64,000 nt of DNA from a virus (taxonomy: Duplodnaviria > Caudoviricetes): the IMG/VR virus record IMGVR_UViG_3300042545_000821, positions 36,770-100,769 of that record; one strand, 5' to 3'. Below are positions 48,740 through 57,214 of this stretch, piece after piece. The notes below the pieces were generated by a model. The model had not been told where the DNA came from. It saw nothing but the letters and a program-made list of their open reading frames with translations, and did no database searches. Position numbers and translations under genes: made by a program. Numbering within the stretch: position 1 is the first letter of the stretch; every line of letters starts with the position of its first letter.

Positions 48740-49288
48740 ATGACTACTCAGTCAATGTTCGACCAGTCCGTAGTGGCTGCTGCCAATGTCCGTGGTGCTC
48801 GTGGTGAAGAGCGTGAGTTAGAGCGCCTCACCACAGAGGCTATTGCCAATGGGTGGGATGCCCCTATCCCTGCCAGTATCTACAGTGATCTTGCTGTAGT
48901 TGCCAAGAAGGACGGCACTGAAGCGGTAGAAGTAACACCGCTTCAGTTTGCCCACTCCTTCTACTTGGTTCGTACCTACGGGTACAAGCCTCGTGATGCC
49001 CGCCGTATCGCCAAGCGATTCGGTATGGAGTTGGATGGTGTGTATACATCCGACACAGCACAAGTGGTACTTCGTATCACCGCTATGGAAGAGCAATTCG
49101 TTGACGATAAGGAAGCCGTCCTTATCCCAACCAGCATTGCTGCTATCAAGTCCCGTGTCGCTGTCCTCAAGAAGCGTATGAAAGACGGGGCTGTATCAGA
49201 TGCCGACCTTCAGCAGTTGGCATCTCTAAGCGAAGAGATCCGTGATCTCTCCGTTGCCACCACCCCATCACTGGTGGTAAGCGCGTAA
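48740..49288 (+). CDS. first early-arm hypothetical protein
   Basis: AAGGAG RBS; 182 aa; biased codon use. Confidence 0.8.
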   Translation: MTTQSMFDQSVVAAANVRGARGEERELERLTTEAIANGWDAPIPASIYSDLAVVAKKDGTEAVEVTPLQFAHSFYLVRTYGYKPRDARRIAKRFGMELDGVYTSDTAQVVLRITAMEEQFVDDKEAVLIPTSIAAIKSRVAVLKKRMKDGAVSDADLQQLASLSEEIRDLSVATTPSLVVSA

Positions 49289-49763
49289 TACTCTAGGCTA
49301 CTGCCTCCCTAGCCGTATCGCCTGCGTCAGTCCGACCAGGTTATCGGCTAGGGGGTAGGGCTGTTATCAGGGTATTAGGGGAAGTCAAGGGCTAAGCCAA
49401 TAGTCCTTGGCCTCTCAACTCTACACGGTGCTACCTTCCCCGTACCGTGTAGGGCTGAGGGGTTCATACCCCTTACATCAGAGGATACGGCGATACCTGT
49501 GGGAATCAGGAGACTGTTAGGCAATCCCGAAGTACACCCTAACCGCTAATGGCACGAAGATAACTACTCTGTTCTGCCTTCCACAATGGGGGGTGGGTAT
49601 GCCTATGTGTTTCGACACAAACCGTATGCCCGCCCCCCATTTCTCCACCCAGTTAGGTGGTGGAAGGTACATAGGTCGTGTAGAGCACCAACAGCAGAAC
49701 ACATAAAAGCATTCCTATGTGCCTCTCACTCTCTACCTGAGAGTATCTACCAAGGAGGTTGCT

Positions 49764-49961
49764 ATGTCCCACATAGTTTCAGACGATACAACAGCCCGCC
49801 TTATTCCGGGCACAATCGGTACGAAGACAGTCACCATTCCTACCGAAACTTTCTACGAGGTAGTCAATGCTCTCCGCGATGGTTGCGGATGTGCTAAGTG
49901 CTTGGACAATGCCAACACTCTCCTTGTCCACGGCTATACACCTAGAAGGGAGATGCTATGA
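49764..49961 (+). CDS. hypothetical protein
   Basis: AAGGAGG RBS; CGCAKC. Confidence 0.7.
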   Translation: MSHIVSDDTTARLIPGTIGTKTVTIPTETFYEVVNALRDGCGCAKCLDNANTLLVHGYTPRREML

Positions 49962-50194
49962 GGACTGTGTATGTCGTCAAAGAGCTAGACGCAGATACAA
50001 GCAATGTATCTGTTACTTGCGTGTATGCCTCCAAGAAAGAGGCACGCAAGGCAATAAGAGAAGAGAACCGCAGTAACTATTGTTTCTACTGCGGTGTTAA
50101 TAAGTGTACGCGTTTCGGAGATTGTGAAGACAATCGTATGGGGCATGTACCTGCCTATGAGTACTGGTATCAGCCAGTACCTATGCTCCCTTAG
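49958..50194 (+). CDS. hypothetical protein
   Basis: GGGAG RBS; ATGA coupling. Confidence 0.65.
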   Translation: MRTVYVVKELDADTSNVSVTCVYASKKEARKAIREENRSNYCFYCGVNKCTRFGDCEDNRMGHVPAYEYWYQPVPMLP

Positions 50195-50206
50195 AAAGGA
50201 GATGCT

Positions 50207-50410
50207 ATGAACTGCACCGTCTGCGGTACCCCCGTTTTACCTGAGAGGTGGGAGATAGGTAAACATACCTGCCCACCTTGTGGAAGTAACATAGCAAACG
50301 AAGAAGTTGCCAGAGACTTCAGGCTTGTTCTTAATCCCAAGCAAGGCTTTGGCATTGTATACAAAGACTCCCCCGATCTTTTGAATGGCAAGTCATCAGG
50401 TAGACAGTGA
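50207..50410 (+). CDS. Zn-finger protein (TraR/DksA C4-like)
   Basis: CTVCG..V.PERW.....TCPPC. Confidence 0.6.
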   Translation: MNCTVCGTPVLPERWEIGKHTCPPCGSNIANEEVARDFRLVLNPKQGFGIVYKDSPDLLNGKSSGRQ

Positions 50411-50509
50411 AAGGCGCACCTGTCCTATGAGGAGGGTCTTCATAGTATTGAGTGCTAAGCAGGTGCGCCTCTCACCCTCTATCTGAGGGTAATAACTAGG
50501 AGGAATGAA

Positions 50510-50674
50510 ATGCAAAAAGAATGTGCAGTAGTTCATTGCACCAATACCGATCTCGTGTACAGCGGTACTGATGCTCTTCAATTAGGCGGTATCCCCACCG
50601 AAACTTATTGCCGCCGTTGTGCGATTGCTTACACAGTAATCAAGCAAGAGCAGAAAGAACGCTTCGGTGTTTAA
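50510..50674 (+). CDS. small Cys protein (54 aa, not in ORF track)
   Basis: AGGAGG RBS; MQKECAVVHC...YCRRC. Confidence 0.65.
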   Translation: MQKECAVVHCTNTDLVYSGTDALQLGGIPTETYCRRCAIAYTVIKQEQKERFGV

Positions 50675-50984
50675 CAACACCAAGCCTGCCAACACAAACA
50701 CCGCCACCACCTATGCCAACATCTGCGCTCGACTGCGCTATGTACGGCAACTCAAGGGGTGGACACTTGATGAGGCAGCAGCTAAATCCAATGGCAAGCA
50801 CAAAGCCAATGTAATCGGTTCTTATGAACGCGGACAGCGGTCAATCTCAGTGAAGAAACTCATTGAGTTGGCCCGCCTGTACGATGTGCCTATTACCGAA
50901 TTCTTTGGCATCCCCGATCAAAATGATAAGTCACAGGCACTCATTGACCTGTTGATTGACCGCCTACACGCACAGAAGGGATAA
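50667..50984 (+). CDS. XRE helix-turn-helix regulator, BldD N-terminal domain-like
   Basis: LRYVR...KSNG..KA.VIGSYERG.R.ISV.KL.ELA.LY.VPI.E resembles the Streptomyces BldD DNA-binding domain. Confidence 0.8.
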   Translation: MFNNTKPANTNTATTYANICARLRYVRQLKGWTLDEAAAKSNGKHKANVIGSYERGQRSISVKKLIELARLYDVPITEFFGIPDQNDKSQALIDLLIDRLHAQKG

Positions 50985-50986
50985 CA

Positions 50987-51370
50987 ATGGACAGACCAGT
51001 ACAGATTGGCAGAGATCAAGTCAATCATTACAACATCTCCACCATATTTCTAGGTGAAGAGTACAAACCACGCCCATACGAGACTATGGTCTTTGAGAAT
51101 GACGAGGCTATCTATGAAGCCCGCTATGAACTTGAATGGGAAGCAAAGATTGGGCACATGCACGCTATACATCTAGCGCGTAATGACAAGTTCCCTCCCC
51201 GCGAATCGCGTGAGATATTCGGCTGGCATATTGAGGACGGAGTTATCTGTCCTAAGTGTGGCGAGTCCGAAACAGAGAAAGAGGAAGCAGATGTCGACGG
51301 GTATCCCGACGGCTATACCTGCCTACTCTGCGGAGATACCGTAGGTGCTGAGAATTACAAGGGTGAGTAA
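50987..51370 (+). CDS. hypothetical protein with C-terminal Zn ribbon
   Basis: ISTIFLG...YETMVF; CPKC...CLLC. Confidence 0.7.
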   Translation: MDRPVQIGRDQVNHYNISTIFLGEEYKPRPYETMVFENDEAIYEARYELEWEAKIGHMHAIHLARNDKFPPRESREIFGWHIEDGVICPKCGESETEKEEADVDGYPDGYTCLLCGDTVGAENYKGE

Positions 51371-51388
51371 TGACTGAACGACAGTTTT

Positions 51389-51632
51389 AAATGGACAGAG
51401 GAAGGCAGAGATAGGGTCTGAACATCACTACCTAGTTCTGCAAGCTGCGTTCTGGGTTCTCCGCCGCGTATGTAATCAATTGGAGAGTGAGCCCTGTGGG
51501 TAAATGTTAGAGAGAATGTGCCTACTTGCGTGTGTGACTCCTTGAGAAGGTTACTGCAATGCATTGCGGTCTACTTCTTTGATGCGTGAAACCGATTCGT
51601 TACAGCCTATCTCTGTCTTCCCCTGCCCATTT
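51389..51632 (+). ncRNA. candidate structured non-coding RNA
   Basis: 27-position terminal helix (24 WC, 1 G-U, 2 A-C) enclosing about 190 nt of intergenic sequence. Confidence 0.55.
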
Positions 51633-51657
51633 GGACAGGACAACAAAGGAGGGTAAA

Positions 51658-51885
51658 ATGACAACAGAAACCTTAACGATTACCATCGCTAAGACTGTTT
51701 TCTACAAGCATGAGGATACTCATGTAAAAACAGATGGCAAGTATAGTTGGATTCGATTCAGCGATACATCTAGCTGCCCATTCTGTATCGCAAAGGCAAT
51801 CCCAATGATTGAGGATAAGAATGACACTCTCTCATTGGCCCACTACATCAGTGCTAATGCAAAAGCATTAGTCGCTGCTAACTAA
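51658..51885 (+). CDS. hypothetical protein
   Basis: AAGGAGG RBS; start moved to MTTETL. Confidence 0.7.
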   Translation: MTTETLTITIAKTVFYKHEDTHVKTDGKYSWIRFSDTSSCPFCIAKAIPMIEDKNDTLSLAHYISANAKALVAAN

Positions 51886-51896
51886 GGAGGCAAATC

Positions 51897-52157
51897 ATGG
51901 AAGGTGAGATCATTTTCTACAACGGGTTCAACCTATTGGTTGACCTTATCATCGCGGGTGCTGTGTTCTACTTCACCCGTCGCTTTATGTACCGAGCAGG
52001 TTGGCACGATGGATACACCGATGGCTTGTCTGATGTTCAAGACGGCCTTGTATACCTGGAAGAACGAGATGGTGTGCTTGAATGGATACCAAACATCGCA
52101 CCAACACAAACAACCCCCGACCGCCCCGCTTTATTCGTAGTGCCTGAGGCTAACTAA
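51897..52157 (+). CDS. membrane-anchored hypothetical protein
   Basis: AAGGAGG RBS; N-terminal TM; Y..GW.DGY.DG. Confidence 0.7.
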   Translation: MEGEIIFYNGFNLLVDLIIAGAVFYFTRRFMYRAGWHDGYTDGLSDVQDGLVYLEERDGVLEWIPNIAPTQTTPDRPALFVVPEAN

Positions 52158-52399
52158 TGATTAGCAAGAATGGCATACCAGATGACGAGCTCTATGTCAT
52201 CAAAGTGTATGAAGACGGTACCAACGGCAAGGCAGGCTATTTCGAGTATAACAATGCTCTAGATGCAGTCAATGCGTTCAATAAGTTCGTTGATCTTGGC
52301 GATGCCCTAGAGACACGGGCTGTGTATTTAATCGAGCCCAATGAAAAGATTCACACACGAATGTTCATGCGTGGTGAGAAAGGAGTCCTAAAATCATGA
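52157..52399 (+). CDS. hypothetical protein
   Basis: TAATG coupling. Confidence 0.7.
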   Translation: MISKNGIPDDELYVIKVYEDGTNGKAGYFEYNNALDAVNAFNKFVDLGDALETRAVYLIEPNEKIHTRMFMRGEKGVLKS

Positions 52400-52530
52400 T
52401 ACTTGAAACTACAGACATCATAGCCATCATTATTGCACTAGCAAGTGCGTGCTTTGTAATGATTTGGTCAATACAAGACAATCGCAACCTGCGTAAATAC
52501 ATCGCAAAACTAAAGCAAGAGAGGAAGTAA
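52396..52530 (+). CDS. small TM protein (44 aa, not in ORF track)
   Basis: AGGAG RBS; MILETTDIIAIIIALASACFVM... Confidence 0.6.
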   Translation: MILETTDIIAIIIALASACFVMIWSIQDNRNLRKYIAKLKQERK

Positions 52531-52534
52531 TGTT

Positions 52535-52774
52535 ATGTTAAAGCGTAAAACTATACTCGTATCAATCTATTACTACAATGACGAACCAAAGTTAGAACTA
52601 GAAGACGATTGGCATCCCGATTGGTTGTTTCTCAATGACGGCATTGAAAGCCTACTCACCGAGCACAATCCAAATACAGAAATCTTTGATGTCTGTATTG
52701 ATCAAACAAAGCCTTGGTTATTCCGTCATAGCAAATGGTGGACTAAATGGCTATTTAAGTTACTAAGAGCATAA
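52535..52774 (+). CDS. hypothetical protein
   Basis: In operon. Confidence 0.6.
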   Translation: MLKRKTILVSIYYYNDEPKLELEDDWHPDWLFLNDGIESLLTEHNPNTEIFDVCIDQTKPWLFRHSKWWTKWLFKLLRA

Positions 52775-53028
52775 TGACTATGCAACGCATCGGTCGTTAT
52801 GAATTTAACGACAAAGGCACAGCAGTGTGGGTAGAGACAGATATAGATGTACCAGAGGGGCAAATCATTGTATTTGATCAATTCCCAACAGGTGCTTGGG
52901 CTGACCCTAAGTTCTTATCTAACATACTAGACATAATGAACAAAGCGGTAGATGAAAACAAAGACGATATAAAAGACATTCTTATGGATGTAGAATTAGA
53001 AAAACTTATCTACGATACCAAGAACTAG
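52774..53028 (+). CDS. hypothetical protein
   Basis: TAATG coupling. Confidence 0.65.
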   Translation: MTMQRIGRYEFNDKGTAVWVETDIDVPEGQIIVFDQFPTGAWADPKFLSNILDIMNKAVDENKDDIKDILMDVELEKLIYDTKN

Positions 53029-53033
53029 GTAAG

Positions 53034-53107
53034 GCGCTGTTAGCTCAGTTGGTTAGAGCCCCGAACTCATAATTCGGTCGTCGTAGGTTCAAGTCCTACA
53101 CAGCGCA
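53034..53107 (+). tRNA. tRNA with CAT anticodon (elongator Met or Ile2); CCA not encoded
   Basis: GCGCTGT/ACAGCGC acceptor, GCTC/GAGC D arm, CCGAA-CTCATAA-TTCGG, GTAGG-TTCAAGT-CCTAC. Confidence 0.93.
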
Positions 53108-53259
53108 CGACACACTTCAAGAGGAGGGAGTGTCTTTGGTCTGACAAGACCTAAGGTAAAACATGGCCCGTGAGCAACGGGGTATACCTGCTACCTGTCC
53201 TGAGCACGACAAGGATAAACTGCTCAACACAAACAAACCCGCACACAGAAAGGCAAACC

Positions 53260-53757
53260 ATGGGAGCAAAAACAAACCCTCTCAAAATCAGGCGACTTGA
53301 CCTCCTTGAAACACTTGAGGAACGCTATGCCGCGTTGACAAAACAAAAAGATGAGTATGAAAAGTTAGACAAAGAGTATAACCTCGCAGCTACTAAATAC
53401 GACAAAGATATGAAAGCATACGAAAAGCGAAAGGATGACTTCTTACGCGGCTGTTCAGTAGGTGGAGAAGTTAACTGGTCTGCAAGCAGTCGTAGATGGG
53501 GTCCTGACGAGTATTACTACAGAGTAGTTTCTGAGGTGCATGTTCTCCACAAAGATGTGGTTAAAGCTATTGGGCCTGAACCTGAACGTCCAACAAGCAT
53601 ACCGACTCCTTACTTTCTACGATCACGCATGGGTAGAGGCTATTCACCAGAGCCTTCACTCTATGAGTCTGTTTACCAAGCAATCCAGTTGCTACATATG
53701 TCAGATGATGAGACCGTCGGAGCATCTATGTACCAATTAGCATTAGAGGTACTCTAA
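53260..53757 (+). CDS. hypothetical coiled-coil protein
   Basis: GAAAGG RBS; start moved to MGAKTN. Confidence 0.75.
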   Translation: MGAKTNPLKIRRLDLLETLEERYAALTKQKDEYEKLDKEYNLAATKYDKDMKAYEKRKDDFLRGCSVGGEVNWSASSRRWGPDEYYYRVVSEVHVLHKDVVKAIGPEPERPTSIPTPYFLRSRMGRGYSPEPSLYESVYQAIQLLHMSDDETVGASMYQLALEVL

Positions 53758-54299
53758 TGGAGATCAGCATAGACAGCATGCATACTTACTCAACCTTAAA
53801 CCTTAAACTAAGGTTCAAGAAGTGGGTAATAGTAGGCAAGCACAAGGGAGAAGACAGGCCATTTAGAGTAGACACTCTAGATGTTCACTTCAGTCCCAAT
53901 CAAGACCTAGCATACATACCAGATCGATTGAGCATAACTGGTGTGTGGGCACAGAAAGGCGGATACAAGTGGGGAACACGCGGAAGTTATTTTCCAGGGT
54001 GGTACCACGGAGGCAATGCAGAGTCTTTAACGTTTGAGACTCTACCACCAAGCATCAAGATATTTATTTATGACACAGTCATAAAAGAAACCTTAAGTTT
54101 TGCAGGAAATCTGGCACAACAACTAACAGAACTAACTTGCAACAAGCAGTTTGTACTAAAGCCAGATGCTAATCAAGAAGCTATAGATGGTGGTGGGGCA
54201 TTTCTCCCATCTGTAAATCAAACATCACTAACAACACCATCAAAGTGGGAGAATATGGATGTATCTAGATGGTCTGTAGCACGAAAAGAAATAAAGTAA
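53757..54299 (+). CDS. hypothetical protein
   Basis: TAATG coupling; 180 aa. Confidence 0.7.
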   Translation: MEISIDSMHTYSTLNLKLRFKKWVIVGKHKGEDRPFRVDTLDVHFSPNQDLAYIPDRLSITGVWAQKGGYKWGTRGSYFPGWYHGGNAESLTFETLPPSIKIFIYDTVIKETLSFAGNLAQQLTELTCNKQFVLKPDANQEAIDGGGAFLPSVNQTSLTTPSKWENMDVSRWSVARKEIK

Positions 54300-54429
54300 T
54301 TCCCCCTCCGTTGAATACGACGGGGATACCCAAAGTTCATATGTGATTGGCCGGTGGGGCCTTTATACAGGTCCGGTAACGGAGCATGCTGTACGAGTAT
54401 GCCTTGAGAAACGTAGCGCATATGAACAT

Positions 54430-54528
54430 GCCTGTGGAAGGACCAGGAGTTACACGATAGGTATACTGTTCGACGAACTATGCAACTTATCCTCGTAATT
54501 CTGGAGGGTGCAAATCCCTTCACAGGCG
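54430..54528 (+). ncRNA. tRNA-like RNA (acceptor stem + T arm, non-canonical core)
   Basis: GCCTGTG/CACAGGC with GAGGG-TGCAAAT-CCCTT directly 5' of the 3' strand. Confidence 0.5.
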
Positions 54529-54799
54529 CGTTGGGGCAGAAGCATAATGATTAGCCAATCTGCGTAGGTATCCCATGGGGAAACTATTCCTACTGAGTAA
54601 CTAATCAAAACTATTGAACCAGATCCAACTTCTTGAATCGGTACTGCTGGTGTTGCAGCGCTCCACAAGAGCTAAGTCGGAGACGGATTCGTACAGCATG
54701 ACTGTGCATCCAATGTCAAAGAGAGATTCTAACTACAGGTGCGGTGATGTAGGCGCTTCTGTCTCAACACAAACAAACTAAATCAACATAGGAGGTTAT

Positions 54800-55093
54800 A
54801 TGCCAGTACCAGCAGCGTTACCTAAACCAATCATGGATAACTGGAAATGGCAAGAGGAAGGCCTGTGTCGCTTTGAAAGCCCTGACCTTTTCTTTTACGA
54901 TGACAATGAGCGTGGAGAAACACGTTCGTCACGAGACCAAGAAGCAGTAGCTGTATGTAATAAATGTCCAGTAATTGCTACCTGTCTTGAACACGCAATC
55001 ACAGTGCCAGAAAGACACGGCATCTGGGGCGGTAAGACACAGAACGAACTAGAGATATTGATTCGTAAGCGGAAACGTTCAGCGAATCGATAG
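54800..55093 (+). CDS. whiB: WhiB family transcription regulator
   Basis: W...GLC....PDLFF...A.AVC..CPV...CL..A......GIWGG. Confidence 0.95.
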   Translation: MPVPAALPKPIMDNWKWQEEGLCRFESPDLFFYDDNERGETRSSRDQEAVAVCNKCPVIATCLEHAITVPERHGIWGGKTQNELEILIRKRKRSANR

Positions 55094-55429
55094 TAAACAC
55101 GGGAGTGGGATGACCTATGCGTCAGAAAAGTCCCCTCGTTTGCTTGAGGCACGGCAGAACGCAGTAGGTTTATTATTTGACCGCTATATTGCTGTAACTT
55201 AATAGAAAAAGTATTATCACTGTGCGTTATGTGATCTTCTTGTTCAGAGTTATATAAGTAAAACGAAAGTGCACGCTAGCGTAAGCCAAAAAACGTTTTA
55301 AGTATATATACACCTGTCCGAAGATGGACGACAATACCACATAAGAAATTTTGAGGGTCCTAGATGTATATCGATGTGCATCGACGCGTATATGTCCTAT
55401 TCAATAAATAACTGTGTTCTGTTCTCAAT

Positions 55430-55475
55430 CCCTCAAGCCATAGCATGTCAGACTAACGGTGCTATGGCTTGAGGG
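55430..55475. repeat. perfect 16-bp inverted repeat
   Basis: CCCTCAAGCCATAGCA-14 nt-TGCTATGGCTTGAGGG. Confidence 0.85.
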
Positions 55476-55496
55476 CTCATAACTATAGGAGGAACA

Positions 55497-55688
55497 ATGG
55501 CTGATCCATTTGAAGAAGCAGAGAAAATAAAGTACATTGAAGAACAATGTGACGCAGCAAAGCAAGTGATTGAAGCAGCATCAGAAGACACAGTGCTGTA
55601 CGAATTAATATCAGAGTGGACTAAAGCAAAGATAACTTCATACGAGATGACTGTTATAGCACGTAATAACTATCTAGACGACGATTGA
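55497..55688 (+). CDS. hypothetical protein
   Basis: AGGAGG RBS. Confidence 0.7.
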   Translation: MADPFEEAEKIKYIEEQCDAAKQVIEAASEDTVLYELISEWTKAKITSYEMTVIARNNYLDDD

Positions 55689-55795
55689 CCTTCCCAGCGT
55701 GAGTGGCACACATTGAGGTTCGAGTCCTCTACACGCACGGCGGGCGACTACATCGGGTAGTTGCCTTAGCTATAAAGAAAGTGGAAGGACAGATT

Positions 55796-57205
55796 ATGAA
55801 AATAGCTGTTTTCGTAGAAACGTATACGCCGACTATGGGAGCTGATCATCGTCAAGTAATGATGATTCCTCATAACGATACAGTACGTGTCTTTACTCGT
55901 TTAAGCGATGGCAATAAAGGTTATGGCAATCGCTGGGATGAATCAGACATCGAAACTGTAGTCAATGCTATGGACGCAAGTGAATCCATCACGTGTATTC
56001 CATCAGGTGTTCGACTCACTGCTAAGGACATTGAGGCGCTTGACCTTAAAGGTTATGCTCCGGTACTAATGACCAAAGCAGTCAACGCACATCTAAAAGC
56101 GCTACCGTTTAATGAAGAGACAGACGCTGCAGAGCGTATCTGTGCTCTTTATCAAGACGTATCTGTTCAGAGTTCTAGCCTCGAAGATCTAATCATTGAC
56201 CTTCGTAGCCAGGCTCCGGCATCACCGTTCCTTCCGCAGTCTGCTCCAACACAAACATCCACGGCCAATAACCTTGATGAACTACCTCGCGTAGCACTCG
56301 CAAGTATCCCCCCAATGGATCGCGCAAAAGCCTATATCAGTCGTGACATCGTAGGTATTCAAGACCTAGAAGTGTACGACAAGGCTCGCGCTAACAAGTT
56401 TGATGTTCTTATCTATGGTCCAACCGGTCCAGGTAAGACATCATCCGTAGTTGCATGGGCTGCATCACGGAAGCTACGTATGGCAACTGTATCTGGTAAC
56501 GCTGCACTCGAACCAAGCCAGCTCATCGGTAAGTATATTCCCGATGGCAAAGGTGGCTTTGTATGGATTGACGGCCCAGTAACAGATGTTGTACGTAATG
56601 GCGGTGTTCTATGTCTTGATGAGGTTAACTTCATCAGCCCTAAAATCTATACCGTCCTGTATTCGTTGCTTGATGACCGCCGTTGTTTAATTCTACTCGA
56701 CCATATGGGCGAGACTGTAGAGGCTCATCCAGACCTCACAATCTTTGCAACCATGAATCCAAACTACATTGGCACTACGCCTTTGAACTTTGCATTCCGC
56801 AATCGCTATGTCGTACAAATCCCTTGGGACTATGACGATAAGGTCGAGGACAAGCTTGTGAAGTCTCAAGCACTCAAGGTTCTAAAGAACCAGTTGCGTG
56901 CTGAAGCTAACAAGGGTGAGTTCGAGACACCAATCTCAACTAACATGCTGATGGAGTTTGAAAAGCTCGTCAAGGTGTTCAGCTTTGAGTTTGCCGTTGA
57001 GAACTTCATTGCTCACTTTGAGCTAGAAGAACAAGACAAGGTGCGACTTGTATTCACTACACATGAATACAATCTGAAGTCTGATTTTGATCTAGTTGAA
57101 GTACTTGATCAAGATAAGGGTGAAGACAGTGAAGGTCTCGGAGAGAAAATTGCAACCGAGGCTGAGAACTGGCTATCATCAAACAACACTCCAACTAATC
57201 CATAA
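55796..57205 (+). CDS. MoxR-family AAA+ ATPase (CbbQ/NorQ/CobS-like)
   Basis: GPTGPGKT, W.DGP, LCLDEVN, ATMNP.Y.GT..LN.AF..R; start moved to MKIAVF. Confidence 0.9.
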   Translation: MKIAVFVETYTPTMGADHRQVMMIPHNDTVRVFTRLSDGNKGYGNRWDESDIETVVNAMDASESITCIPSGVRLTAKDIEALDLKGYAPVLMTKAVNAHLKALPFNEETDAAERICALYQDVSVQSSSLEDLIIDLRSQAPASPFLPQSAPTQTSTANNLDELPRVALASIPPMDRAKAYISRDIVGIQDLEVYDKARANKFDVLIYGPTGPGKTSSVVAWAASRKLRMATVSGNAALEPSQLIGKYIPDGKGGFVWIDGPVTDVVRNGGVLCLDEVNFISPKIYTVLYSLLDDRRCLILLDHMGETVEAHPDLTIFATMNPNYIGTTPLNFAFRNRYVVQIPWDYDDKVEDKLVKSQALKVLKNQLRAEANKGEFETPISTNMLMEFEKLVKVFSFEFAVENFIAHFELEEQDKVRLVFTTHEYNLKSDFDLVEVLDQDKGEDSEGLGEKIATEAENWLSSNNTPTNP

Positions 57206-57214
57206 GGAGTAATC

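Noticed and set aside
49943-50210. 19-nt near-identical repeat TAGAA(G/A)GGAGATGCTATGA at two early gene starts
   Set aside because: Largely explained by shared RBS and start context; only two copies.
53108-53170. HDV-like (theta) or hammerhead ribozyme after the tRNA
   Set aside because: Could not fit the nested double pseudoknot or the CUGAUGA/GAAA cores by eye.
55703-55795. N-terminal extensions given by the ORF track (also at 53170, 51586, 49719, 62013, 48352, 16299)
   Set aside because: Downstream ATGs have clear RBSs, and the extensions overlap RNA structures or neighbouring genes.
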